Assembly: GCA_964535955.1 (NCBI GenBank)
Contig: CAZHVK010000002.1
Coordinates: 134,122 to 175,619, forward strand
Source: an uncultured Methanosarcinales archaeon
GTDB taxonomy: Archaea > Nanobdellota > Nanobdellia > Woesearchaeales > CAXGTL01
Direction: 5' to 3'
DNA: 41,498 nucleotides
The position numbers were made by a program, and so were the translations under genes. Below, piece by piece: positions 27,930 through 37,301 of this stretch (position 1 is its first letter; every line of letters starts with the position of its first letter). The notes below the pieces were generated by a model, which ran no database searches, was not told the origin of the DNA, and worked only from the letters and a program-made list of their open reading frames with translations.

Positions 27930-27930
27930 T

Positions 27931-27990
27931 TTTTCTTTATTTTTCTTTATTTTTCTTTATTTTTCTTTATTTTTCTTTATTTTTCTTTAT
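27931..27990. repeat. tandem 10-mer repeat (TTTTCTTTAT)x6, truncated by the gap
   Basis: Six perfect visible copies next to the N run. Confidence 0.95.
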
Positions 27991-28063
27991 TTTTTAATAC
28001 ATTACCACTTATTTTCCCAGGGGTGGGTGGTCGGTGGGTTTGGATGGTGGGAATTCTTTATTC

Positions 28064-29596
28064 TTACTTCAACCACATCTTCATATTTCTTAATTGTTTA
28101 AGATCATTCTTATACAAATCTCTCAGATCTTTTATTTCATAATATTCCATCATGATTCTATCCAGACCAGGCCCCCATGCTAAAACAGGACATTCAAAAC
28201 CTAATAATGGTACAACAAGTTCTGGTCTAAACATTCCTGCACCACCTAACTCTATCCATTTTTTATGCACAGGATGATAAACATCAATTTCTACTGAAGG
28301 TTCTGTATAAGGAAAGTGCGCAGGTCTAAACCTAGCTTTATCAAAACCTACTTTTTTAAAAAATGATTTTAGATAACCTAATAAATTCCTAAAGTTAGCA
28401 TTAGGATCTATAACAATTCCTTCGAATTGATTAAACTCAAACAAATGACACCAATCTACAGCTTCATTTCTAAAACATCTACCAACTGCAAAGAATTTAG
28501 CAGGCAGATCTTTTTTACTAAGACCAGCAATTGTTTTTGAACTAAGAACAGTTGTATGTGTTCTCATAACATTTTTTTTAGCATCTTCTTCATTCCATTT
28601 ATATTGCCACCCAATGCTTCCTTTTGTTCCTGTTTCATGTGCTTTTTTAACAGCATTAACTAGTTTCTTTTGCGGAAGATGCCCTTTCTTAGGATCTTTT
28701 ATAAAAAAAGTATCTTGAAGATCCCTAACAGGATGATCTTGTGCAGTAAATAATGCATCAAAATTCCAAAAACTAATATTAAGCAAAGGTCCTGTCATTT
28801 CTTTGAACCCCAAATCTCTCCAAATACCTTTTGCATATTCAATTGACTGCTTCATAAAATGTCTTTTACCGCCATCAATCTTAGGCACATTTATTTCAAC
28901 ATCATACTCTCGAAATTCTTTCTTTTTCCATTTACCAGATTTAATGATTTCAGGTGTTAACCTTTCTATCACATCAGTATTTATTTTTATGTTTACTAAT
29001 TTTTTACCTAAAGCACTTAACACAATAGTTTTAATCTTTTTAATTTCAGTCTTAATAATATTTTTTCTTTTCTTAAGCTCATTAAATGCAAACTTTTCTT
29101 CAGGTTTTAAACTATTAAGTTCAACAGGAAATTTTTTATTCAAAAATTGTTCTTCAAAGGAAGTTTTTTCTAAAAACTTTTTACCAAGTTCAGTTAATTC
29201 AAAAAACAATTCTTTATCAGACTTTTTAATATTAATAATTCCTTTTTTTCTAAGCAAGCCAATACAAACATTAATTTCTTCTTTAGATAATTCTCCTCTT
29301 GTCATAACATCAAATGTTGACAAAGTCTCATCCTTGATAGACAGAATAAATCTTTTTTCAGGTAATCCTAATTTATAATACAAAATACCATTTTTATCCA
29401 ATACAACCATTTCTTTAATCTGTTCATTAATCTTTAAAACATCTTTATTAGACATCCACTGCAAAGCCCTCATCACTTCAACATCTTTTAACCCGCTAGC
29501 CTTGACAATATCTTCAAAATTAGAAAAATCCTTTAAATAAGGAAATACCTTACGTTCTAAAGGCGACAATGTTCTACCAATCTTCTTTATGTCCAT
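28064..29596 (-). CDS. pheS: phenylalanyl-tRNA synthetase alpha subunit
   Basis: WNFDALF, HPVRDLQDTF, RTHTT, FPYTEPS, ELGGAG. Confidence 0.98.
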   Translation of the reverse strand: MDIKKIGRTLSPLERKVFPYLKDFSNFEDIVKASGLKDVEVMRALQWMSNKDVLKINEQIKEMVVLDKNGILYYKLGLPEKRFILSIKDETLSTFDVMTRGELSKEEINVCIGLLRKKGIINIKKSDKELFFELTELGKKFLEKTSFEEQFLNKKFPVELNSLKPEEKFAFNELKKRKNIIKTEIKKIKTIVLSALGKKLVNIKINTDVIERLTPEIIKSGKWKKKEFREYDVEINVPKIDGGKRHFMKQSIEYAKGIWRDLGFKEMTGPLLNISFWNFDALFTAQDHPVRDLQDTFFIKDPKKGHLPQKKLVNAVKKAHETGTKGSIGWQYKWNEEDAKKNVMRTHTTVLSSKTIAGLSKKDLPAKFFAVGRCFRNEAVDWCHLFEFNQFEGIVIDPNANFRNLLGYLKSFFKKVGFDKARFRPAHFPYTEPSVEIDVYHPVHKKWIELGGAGMFRPELVVPLLGFECPVLAWGPGLDRIMMEYYEIKDLRDLYKNDLKQLRNMKMWLK

Positions 29597-29710
29597 ATTT
29601 AGATATAGAGGGATATGTTATTTATAAAGTTTTACATAGAATATTCCGGATTATTATTAGAAATATTTATTAACTCAAACTCAACTACATACTGATAAGA
29701 GGTGAATATT

Positions 29711-30775
29711 ATGACAAAAAACACAAAACAAGAATTAAAAACATTACTCAAAAAACTAACAGACACATATGCAATCTCAGCATATGAAAAACGGATAATA
29801 CCAATTATCAAACAAGAACTAAAAAGGCATGTAAGTAGCATGGAAATTGGTAATATGGGTAGCTTGATTGTAAAAAAAGGCAGAGGAAAGCCAGTTTACA
29901 TGATATGTGCACATATGGACCAGATAGGTTTTATAGTAAAACACATTGATGATAATGGTTATATCAGATTTATACCTATAGGTGGTTTCCAAGACAGAAC
30001 ACTTCTTAACCAGAATATAGTTATCTATACAAAAGAAAAAAACTACAAAGGAGCTATCCTAAGCAAAGATCCGTGGATAATGGGTGATGATGAAAGAAAA
30101 AAACCAGTAAAATGGCAGGACTTATTCATAGACATAGGTGCATCATCAAAAGCAGAAGTAAAGAGGATGGGTATAAAGATAAGTGACATGATAACAATTG
30201 AAAACAATTTTCGAGAATTAGCACAAGATAATGTAATGGCATCTGCATTTGATGACAGATCAGGGTGTGCAGCACTTATACAGATAATGAAAAATCTGAA
30301 AAAATTCAAAGGAACAGTCTATGGAGTGTTTACAGCACAAGAAGAGGTTGGTCTAAAAGGAGCAAGAACCTCTGCATATAAACTGAACCCAGATTATTGT
30401 ATTGCACTAGATGTTGGAACAGCACATAGCCTATATACAAAAGAATGGGAAGTCACAACAAAGCTTGGAAAAGGCCCTAGTATTGAATATCTACAATATC
30501 GTGGCAGAGGTATGATAGCAGACAGAAAACTCAATAAATGGATAATCACAATTGCAAAAAAAAACAAGATTCCATTACAACTAGACGCAGCTAATGCTGG
30601 CCAATCAGGATCAACAGATGCAGCAATCATTCAATTGATAAGACAAGGCATACCAAGCATAAGTATTGGTATACCATGCAAATATATTCACACAAATAAT
30701 GAGACAATCAACCTAAATGACATGGAAAATACAGTAAAGCTTATTACAAAAGCAATTGAGACAGGCAAAAAATAA
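29711..30775 (+). CDS. M42 family aminopeptidase (TET-like)
   Basis: AHMDQIG, FDDRSG, QEEVGL, ALDV, STDA, YIH. Confidence 0.93.
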   Translation: MTKNTKQELKTLLKKLTDTYAISAYEKRIIPIIKQELKRHVSSMEIGNMGSLIVKKGRGKPVYMICAHMDQIGFIVKHIDDNGYIRFIPIGGFQDRTLLNQNIVIYTKEKNYKGAILSKDPWIMGDDERKKPVKWQDLFIDIGASSKAEVKRMGIKISDMITIENNFRELAQDNVMASAFDDRSGCAALIQIMKNLKKFKGTVYGVFTAQEEVGLKGARTSAYKLNPDYCIALDVGTAHSLYTKEWEVTTKLGKGPSIEYLQYRGRGMIADRKLNKWIITIAKKNKIPLQLDAANAGQSGSTDAAIIQLIRQGIPSISIGIPCKYIHTNNETINLNDMENTVKLITKAIETGKK

Positions 30776-31780
30776 ATGAAAATAAAAAAACCAAGGATAT
30801 TTACATTAATAACCATAATTTTAATTATTCTTGTTATTTTTTTTATATATAACAACAAAGAAATAAAAAATCCATACCAAAAACAATCAACACCATATCC
30901 AATATATGACATACATGAACATGTTGGTGAAGACAATTTATACAAACTTACCAATGGAATGAAACAAAATGATATTTCTTATACAGCTATAGTAGCAAGC
31001 CCAAGATATACATTAACATTAAAAAATCCAGGATTTGATGATTTTGAAAAAAATAATGATTATCTTTTAGAAAAATCAAAAACAAATCACATCTTAGTCT
31101 TTTGTACAATTGACACAAGGGATGAAAACTCATTACAAGTATTAAAAGATTGTATAGAAAGAGGTGGAACAGGACTAAAATTATATTCAGGACACCTGAG
31201 TTCATTCTATAAATATCTAGGTCCTTTAGACAGACAAGAGATGGTACCAATATATGAATATTGTGAAAAAAACAATATTCCAATAACATTCCACATAAAC
31301 CCTTATAATGAATCAATCAGAACAGAAATGGAAAATATATTAACAAAATATCCAAACCTAAAACTTAACTGTCCTCATTGGTGCCTTTCTTCAATAAATA
31401 CAGCAAGATTTGAAGAATTATATGATAAATATCCTAATCTTTACACAGACATGTCATTTGGTTCAATGTTTGCACAAGCAGGTTTTGAAAGATTTAGTAA
31501 AAATCCAGACAAATATAAAAAATTAATACAAAAATATCAAGATAGGATCATGTATGGAACAGACATGGTAATAACAGACATCAAAAAACAAGAATTTGTA
31601 ACAGAAATGCTTGGTTGTTATAGAAAACTATTAGAACAAAAAGAATTTGAATGTACTGTTGGTGAATCTGGCAGCAAATTCTCAATTTATGGAAATTTCA
31701 CAGGCCTTAATTTACCAGATACTACATTAAAAAAGATATATAATGAAAATCCAAAGACTTTCTTAGGTCAAGAATCTTAA
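30776..31780 (+). CDS. amidohydrolase-superfamily protein with N-terminal membrane anchor
   Basis: Hydrophobic N-terminal helix; DIHEH, GLKLY, FH, PHW and MYGTD metal-site motifs. Confidence 0.85.
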   Translation: MKIKKPRIFTLITIILIILVIFFIYNNKEIKNPYQKQSTPYPIYDIHEHVGEDNLYKLTNGMKQNDISYTAIVASPRYTLTLKNPGFDDFEKNNDYLLEKSKTNHILVFCTIDTRDENSLQVLKDCIERGGTGLKLYSGHLSSFYKYLGPLDRQEMVPIYEYCEKNNIPITFHINPYNESIRTEMENILTKYPNLKLNCPHWCLSSINTARFEELYDKYPNLYTDMSFGSMFAQAGFERFSKNPDKYKKLIQKYQDRIMYGTDMVITDIKKQEFVTEMLGCYRKLLEQKEFECTVGESGSKFSIYGNFTGLNLPDTTLKKIYNENPKTFLGQES

Positions 31781-31847
31781 AATGTAAATATACCAAACTT
31801 AAAACCTAGCAATAAAACTTCTAAAAATACATAAAAAAAACATCAGA

Positions 31848-31855
31848 TTTATAAA
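31848..31855 (+). promoter_or_regulatory. TATA box of the uS13 operon
   Basis: TTTATAAA about 25 nt upstream of a structured leader. Confidence 0.55.
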
Positions 31856-31879
31856 CAAAACCACATTTTCCTATATAAT

Positions 31880-31941
31880 ACAGCCCGAGTTCGATAATAG
31901 AGCGATTGGCAGGGTTATCTTATGATAATTCTAATGGCTGT
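31880..31941 (+). promoter_or_regulatory. structured 5' leader of the uS13-uS4-uS11-rpoD operon
   Basis: Closing stem ACAGCC/GGCTGT; inner stems AGGGTTATC/GATAATTCT and GTTC/GAGC. Confidence 0.5.
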
Positions 31942-31963
31942 TGTGGATAATAAGGTAATAAAT

Positions 31964-32443
31964 ATGGCAGAAGAAAAACATGAATTCAGACATATATTAA
32001 GATTAGTAGATACAGATATAAATGGAAAAAAAGGATTATTTAATGGTCTAACAAAGATAAAAGGGATTGGGTCTAGTTTAGCTAATGTTGTATGCAACCT
32101 ATCAAAGATACCAAAAACAAAAAAAATAGGAGATCTAACAGACCAAGAAGTTGAAAAACTTAAAGAAATCATAAGAAATCCTTCAAAATATGGTATTCCA
32201 AAATGGATGTTCAATAGAAGAAAAGATCCACAAGAAGGAAAAGATAGACATATTCTTACATCAGATTTAAGATTTATCAAAGATAATGATATTAAGATTA
32301 TGAAAAAGATTAAAACATATAAGGGAATTAGACATATGTTTAATCTACCTGTTAGAGGTCAATGTACAAGATCTAACTTTAGAAAAAATAAAGGAAAAAC
32401 AACAGGTGTAAAAAGAAAAGCAAAAAGTAAGAAGGGTAAATAA
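31964..32443 (+). CDS. rps13: 30S ribosomal protein uS13
   Basis: IKGIG, PKWMFNRRKD, YKGIRH, LPVRGQCT. Confidence 0.97.
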   Translation: MAEEKHEFRHILRLVDTDINGKKGLFNGLTKIKGIGSSLANVVCNLSKIPKTKKIGDLTDQEVEKLKEIIRNPSKYGIPKWMFNRRKDPQEGKDRHILTSDLRFIKDNDIKIMKKIKTYKGIRHMFNLPVRGQCTRSNFRKNKGKTTGVKRKAKSKKGK

Positions 32444-32445
32444 AT

Positions 32446-33078
32446 ATGGGAGATCCAAAAAAACATAGGAAAAAATACTCAAATCCAGTTATTCCTTGGA
32501 ACAAAGAAAGAATTGAAGAAGAGAAATTACTATTAAAAGAATATGGATTGAAAAACAAAAAAGAAATATATAAAGCAGACTCATTACTAAGAAAATATTT
32601 CTCATTATCAAAAAAATTAGTAGCAAACAGAACTGCGCAAGGAGAGCTTGAAAAACAACAATTATTAGATAAACTAACAAATCTAGGTTTATTAAAACCA
32701 GGTTCAGATCTAAGTGATGTTCTAGGAATTACAATTAACAAAATATTTGAAAGAAGATTACAAACAATTGTATTTAGAAAGAAACTAGCAAAGTCAATTA
32801 AACAATCAAGGCAATTTATAACACACCAGCATATAACAGTTGCAGGCAAAAAAATAACTTCTCCCTCTTATTTTGTTACAACAAAAGAAGAAAGCATAAT
32901 AAGTTTTGTTCCTTCATCAGATTTATCAAATCTTAATCATCCTGAAAGAATTATATCTGAAAAACCAAAAAAGACAAGTAAACCACATGACAAAAAAGAT
33001 AAAAATCCAAGAAGGAAAAGAGTAGTTGTAAGAAAAGGAAGAAAACCAAGACAAACTCAAAAAAAAAATAAAAAATGA
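32446..33078 (+). CDS. rps4: 30S ribosomal protein uS4
   Basis: MGDPK, YGLKNKKE, ERRLQT, RQFITH. Confidence 0.97.
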   Translation: MGDPKKHRKKYSNPVIPWNKERIEEEKLLLKEYGLKNKKEIYKADSLLRKYFSLSKKLVANRTAQGELEKQQLLDKLTNLGLLKPGSDLSDVLGITINKIFERRLQTIVFRKKLAKSIKQSRQFITHQHITVAGKKITSPSYFVTTKEESIISFVPSSDLSNLNHPERIISEKPKKTSKPHDKKDKNPRRKRVVVRKGRKPRQTQKKNKK

Positions 33079-33084
33079 TTGAAA

Positions 33085-33555
33085 ATGATTAAAAAAGATT
33101 TTAAAAAACCACAAGGAAGAAGAAGAAGAGAAAGAACAGAAAGACCTAGGTTTAGGGCTAGAAGCAAAGATGATACATGGGGAATATGCCATATTTATTC
33201 ATCTTATAATAACACAATTATTCATATCACAGATATAACTGGTTCTGAATCAATTGCAAGAACTTCTGGTGGACAAGTAGTTAAAGCACACAGATTAGAA
33301 CCGAGTCCAACTGCTGCAATGGCTGCTGCAAAAAAAGCTGCAGAAATTGCAAAAGAAAAAGGAATAAATGCTATCCATGTTAAGATAAGAGCACCAGGTG
33401 GACATAATGGACCTAATTCACCAGGACCAGGAGCACAAGCAGCTGTCCGTGCTTTATCAAGAATGGGACTAAGGATAGGAATCATTGAAGACACCACACC
33501 TACACCACATGATGGTTGTAGGAAAAAAGGTGGAAGGAGAGGTAGAAGAGTATGA
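33085..33555 (+). CDS. rps11: 30S ribosomal protein uS11
   Basis: [36 protein letters not shown]. Confidence 0.97.
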   Translation: MIKKDFKKPQGRRRRERTERPRFRARSKDDTWGICHIYSSYNNTIIHITDITGSESIARTSGGQVVKAHRLEPSPTAAMAAAKKAAEIAKEKGINAIHVKIRAPGGHNGPNSPGPGAQAAVRALSRMGLRIGIIEDTTPTPHDGCRKKGGRRGRRV

Positions 33556-33657
33556 AAATCCGAAATCTTGGTTTCAAATTTCAATTTGAAACCTACGAAC
33601 AAAGTGAGTATGATTTTGACATTCATAAGAACCAACAAAGGTGGTTTTTATGAAAAT
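33551..33657 (+). repeat. 98-bp palindromic insertion between uS11 and rpoD with a 9-bp direct repeat (copy B)
   Basis: TATGAAAAT at 33551-59 and 33649-57; hairpins GGTTTCAAATT/AATTTGAAACC, TACGAAC-aaa-GTGAGTA and TTCATAAGAACCA/TGGTTTTTATGAA. Confidence 0.72.
33552..33653 (+). CDS. putative 33-aa coupled mini-ORF ([33 protein letters not shown])
   Basis: Open frame with ATGA overlaps to both the uS11 stop and the rpoD start; translation unproven. Confidence 0.3.
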   Translation: MKIRNLGFKFQFETYEQSEYDFDIHKNQQRWFL

Positions 33658-34441
33658 TGAGCTTCTTAACAAATCAGCAGAAGAAATATCTTTTATTTTA
33701 CAAGATACATCAATATCATTTGCAAATGCACTTAGAAGAATTATGATTGCAGAAGTACCTACAATGGCAATTGAAGAATTAGAGTTAAAAAAAAACTCAT
33801 CTATTTTGTATGATGAAATACTAGCGCACAGATTAGGGTTAACAGTATTAAAAACAGATCTAAAAACATACAATCTACCTGAAAAATGCAGTTGTAAAGG
33901 TGAAGGCTGTGCAAAATGTCAATGTAAATTAACACTCAAAGAAAGAGGTGCTAAAACAGTTTATGTATCAAGTCTTAAATCAAAAGATCCAAAAATAACA
34001 AGTGTTTTTCCAAAAACAATGGTTGTTAAATTATTAAGTGGTCAAGAACTAGAATTTGTAGCAACTGCTGTATTAGGAAAAGGCAAAGATCATGCAAAGT
34101 TTTCTCCTGGTTTAATTTATTATAAACACGAACCAATAGTGGAAATAAAAAAGCAACCAAAAGATGCAAAACTTATAGTAAAAATGTGTCCTAAAAATTT
34201 ATTTGATATAAAATCTGACAAACTTATATTAAAAAAGAATTATAAAATAGAATGTCATCTATGTGAAGCATGTAAAGAATGTAGTAGTGGAGCAATAAAT
34301 GTAACTCAAAACGAATCAAAATTTATGTTCATTGTAGAATCATGGGGTTCTTTACCAAGTAAAAATATAGTTAAAGAAGCAGCAAATATATTAGCTGAGA
34401 AATGTAATGAATTTGTTGAGGTTATTAATGAAGTTAAATGA
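33650..34441 (+). CDS. rpoD: DNA-directed RNA polymerase subunit D (Rpo3)
   Basis: FANALRR, EVPTMAI, DEILAHRLGL, HAKF; Cys-rich Fe-S region CP...CHLCEAC. Confidence 0.97.
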   Translation: MKIELLNKSAEEISFILQDTSISFANALRRIMIAEVPTMAIEELELKKNSSILYDEILAHRLGLTVLKTDLKTYNLPEKCSCKGEGCAKCQCKLTLKERGAKTVYVSSLKSKDPKITSVFPKTMVVKLLSGQELEFVATAVLGKGKDHAKFSPGLIYYKHEPIVEIKKQPKDAKLIVKMCPKNLFDIKSDKLILKKNYKIECHLCEACKECSSGAINVTQNESKFMFIVESWGSLPSKNIVKEAANILAEKCNEFVEVINEVK

Positions 34442-34800
34442 AAAAAACAGGACCAACAAATATCCATTTAAGAAATCTTATCACAGAATTAAATAAATTA
34501 TCAACCAATCAAAAATCTAAAATTTGGAAAAGCATAGCAACAAACCTTAAAAAACCAACAAAACAAAAGAGAATAGTTAATCTCTTTAAGATAAACAAAT
34601 TAGCAAAAAACAATGAAACAATTATTGTCCCTGGAAAAGTTCTTGGAAATGGAGAACTTCAAAAAAAATTAATTATATCAGCATTTAATTTTTCAAAATC
34701 AGCTATAGAGAAAATAAAGCAAACAGGTGGAAAAGCAATCACAATTAATGAATTAATGAAACAAAATCCCAAAGGATCAAAAGTGAGGATAATATCATGA
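34438..34800 (+). CDS. rpl18e: 50S ribosomal protein eL18
   Basis: VNLFKIN, VPGKVLG, FSKSAIEKI, NPKG. Confidence 0.96.
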   Translation: MKKTGPTNIHLRNLITELNKLSTNQKSKIWKSIATNLKKPTKQKRIVNLFKINKLAKNNETIIVPGKVLGNGELQKKLIISAFNFSKSAIEKIKQTGGKAITINELMKQNPKGSKVRIIS

Positions 34801-35216
34801 TAATCGATGGAACAGACCTAATATTAGGAAGAATTGCTAGTTTTGTAACTAAAAAAGCATTACTTGGAGAAAAAGTGGATATTGTTAATTGTGAAAACAT
34901 AATAATAACAGGAAACAAAAAAAATATTTTTGCAAAATATAAAAGAATAGATGATATGGGTGATCCATATAAAGGTCCATTCCAGCCAAAAATGCCAGAT
35001 AGGTTTGTTAGAAGGGTAATTAAAAGAATGTTAAAATACAAAAATCCAAGAGGAAGGCAGGCTTATCAAAGGATAATGTGTTATATAGGCATACCTGATA
35101 AATTAAAAGAACAAAAATTAGAAACAGTAGAAAAAGTTTCTGTTAAAAAATTACCAAATTTTAAATATATTACAGTAAAAGAAGTTTGTAAACATTTAGG
35201 TGGTAAAGTTGAGTAA
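34797..35216 (+). CDS. rpl13: 50S ribosomal protein uL13
   Basis: ILGRIAS, VNCE, GPFQPKMPD, RGRQA. Confidence 0.96.
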   Translation: MIIDGTDLILGRIASFVTKKALLGEKVDIVNCENIIITGNKKNIFAKYKRIDDMGDPYKGPFQPKMPDRFVRRVIKRMLKYKNPRGRQAYQRIMCYIGIPDKLKEQKLETVEKVSVKKLPNFKYITVKEVCKHLGGKVE

Positions 35217-35604
35217 AATAATCCATACATCAGGAAAAAGAAAAAGGTCAGTTGCAAGAGCAACATTAAAACCTGGAACAGGTTTAGTAAGAATTAATAA
35301 AAAACCATTAGACATATATCAACCAAAAATGGCAAGATTGAAATTAAGAGAACCATTAATCTTAGCAGGAAACATATCACATGAAATAAATGTAAGTATT
35401 AATGTGAAAGGTGGTGGAATAATGTCTCAAACAGAAGCAGCTAGATTAGCCTTATCAAGAGCTCTTGTTAAATATCATAAAAAACTTGAAAAAGTATTTT
35501 TAGATTATGATAGACATTTACTAATTGCTGATGTAAGGCGTAAAGAGAGTTGTAAGCCTAATATATCCAAGGCAAGAGCTAAAAGACAGAAGTCGTACAG
35601 ATAA
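35209..35604 (+). CDS. rps9: 30S ribosomal protein uS9
   Basis: GKRKRSVARA, GGGIMSQ, ARAKRQKSYR; start probably TTG 35209 or GTG 35200. Confidence 0.96.
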   Translation: MSKIIHTSGKRKRSVARATLKPGTGLVRINKKPLDIYQPKMARLKLREPLILAGNISHEINVSINVKGGGIMSQTEAARLALSRALVKYHKKLEKVFLDYDRHLLIADVRRKESCKPNISKARAKRQKSYR

Positions 35605-35644
35605 AAATCATAAAATAATCAATTGAATTGGAGGCAAAAATAAA

Positions 35645-35842
35645 ATGTTAATACCAATCCGTTGTTGGAGTTGCTCAAAACCAATAGGGCACTTATGGGA
35701 AGAATATATGGAAAGAGTAAAGAAAGGAGAATCCCGTAAAAAAGTACTAGATTCATTAGGTTTGAAAAGATATTGTTGTAGAGCTATAATGATGGGCCAC
35801 GTTGATTTAATAGATATCGCTTCACAATTTAAGAAGTTTTAG
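35645..35842 (+). CDS. rpoN: RNA polymerase subunit N (Rpo10)
   Basis: IPIRCWSC, LGLKRYCCR. Confidence 0.97.
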   Translation: MLIPIRCWSCSKPIGHLWEEYMERVKKGESRKKVLDSLGLKRYCCRAIMMGHVDLIDIASQFKKF

Positions 35843-35868
35843 ATATTATTTTTTTATTTCTTTTTATT

Positions 35869-36723
35869 ATGACTAACATAATCCAAAAAATTGAAAACAA
35901 GGTAAAAGATACAATTAAAGATTATAAACTCTTCTCAAAAAAAGAAAAAATCTTAGTTGCATATTCTGGAGGAAAAGATTCAACAATTATTCTCTACATC
36001 CTAAAGAAATTAGGTTATAATGTTGAAGCAATAACAATCAATGCATTTATAGGTAATTATAGTAAAGCAAATCTGAAGAATGCAATGGGATTCTGTGACA
36101 AACATAGTATTAAATTACACCATGTATCATTTAGAGATGAATTTGGTTATTCATTATGCTATTTAAGAGATCTTATTAATTCAAAAGGACACAAAATAAA
36201 ATCATGTACAATCTGTGGTGTGCTAAGAAGATATTTAATCAATAAATATAGCAAAAAATTAAAAGCAAAAAAAGTAGTCCTTGGTCATAATTTGGATGAT
36301 GAAGCACAAAACATAATTATGAATTTTTTTAGAAGTAATCTAGAGATCTCTGCCAGGTTAGGACCTGTAACAGGTTTGATAAAAAGTAAATCATTCATAC
36401 CAAGGGTAAAACCATTATATTTTGTTTCAGAAAAAGAAATAACAAATTATTCAAAAAAAATGAATTTCCCAGTAGTTTATGGAGAATGCCCTTGTTCATC
36501 AGATTCATATAGAAGGTCGATAAAAACATTGCTCAATGAATTAGAAAAAAAGAATAAATCAATTAAAAATAATATAATTAACAATTTCATAAAAATATCA
36601 CCTCAACTAAAAGATAAATTTAGAACAAAACAAAAAATAAATCTCTGTAAATATTGTAATGAACCAAGCAAAGCAGAAATCTGCAAGAGTTGCCAAATAA
36701 TGTCATTAATAATTAAAGAATAA
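35869..36723 (+). CDS. TtcA/Ncs6-family tRNA 2-thiolation PP-loop ATPase (TIGR00269-like)
   Basis: SGGKDS, CTICG, GHNLDDE, RVKPL, CP, C-terminal CxxC...CxxC. Confidence 0.88.
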   Translation: MTNIIQKIENKVKDTIKDYKLFSKKEKILVAYSGGKDSTIILYILKKLGYNVEAITINAFIGNYSKANLKNAMGFCDKHSIKLHHVSFRDEFGYSLCYLRDLINSKGHKIKSCTICGVLRRYLINKYSKKLKAKKVVLGHNLDDEAQNIIMNFFRSNLEISARLGPVTGLIKSKSFIPRVKPLYFVSEKEITNYSKKMNFPVVYGECPCSSDSYRRSIKTLLNELEKKNKSIKNNIINNFIKISPQLKDKFRTKQKINLCKYCNEPSKAEICKSCQIMSLIIKE

Positions 36724-36759
36724 AATGTAAACATATACATATAAATAATCATTAAAGAA

Positions 36760-37278
36760 TTATCTTTTGACTTCAGTCTCTAAAATACAAATTTTCTGTT
36801 TTAATTTTTCAATTTTATTACAATTATTCTCCATTTCAACCAAAGTACCACATTCAGGACACTGAAATTTAAAATCTACTGCTTGATCAAAATTTAATCT
36901 TATACATTTATCCAAACAATGAAAAAATTTTTCATTTTCCTCTCTTTTTAATCTTTCTTTTAATCTTTCTAGTTTAGTATATCTTGTTCTTTTAAACATA
37001 TCTTTTACTCTTTTTGCATTCAAATACCAATGGTAAACATACCATCCAGTTTTGATATCTTTTCTTTTTGAACAACAAACTAAGTTATTATAATATAATC
37101 TATACAACATTCCTCTAATAATATTTACTTCTACACCTATTTTTTTTGCTAATCTAATTTCAGAAACATCTTTTCTATGGTCTAATAACTTAACTAAAGG
37201 AATAACATCCTCCCCTACCACTTCGCTAACTACATCGAAAATTAAGTTTTTTGTCAACCTCATTTTTTGCTTAATCAT
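36760..37278 (-). CDS. tfe: transcription factor E alpha
   Basis: wHTH RGMLYRLY, GWYVYHW, Zn ribbon FQCPECG. Confidence 0.92.
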   Translation of the reverse strand: MIKQKMRLTKNLIFDVVSEVVGEDVIPLVKLLDHRKDVSEIRLAKKIGVEVNIIRGMLYRLYYNNLVCCSKRKDIKTGWYVYHWYLNAKRVKDMFKRTRYTKLERLKERLKREENEKFFHCLDKCIRLNFDQAVDFKFQCPECGTLVEMENNCNKIEKLKQKICILETEVKR

Positions 37279-37301
37279 GAGGGTATAAATTTAAGTTTAT
37301 A

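Noticed and set aside
27931..27990. Repeat array as a possible CRISPR
   Set aside because: Head-to-tail 10-mers with no spacers and no cas genes
27785..28142. ORFs spanning the N gap (FLYFSLFF repeats)
   Set aside because: Artefacts of the gap and the tandem repeat
31860..31960. tRNA gene upstream of uS13 (common in archaea)
   Set aside because: Contains GTTCGA but has no cloverleaf, acceptor stem or D arm
33072..33090. AAAATGATT duplicated at the uS4/uS11 junction
   Set aside because: Short low-complexity duplication with no intervening element
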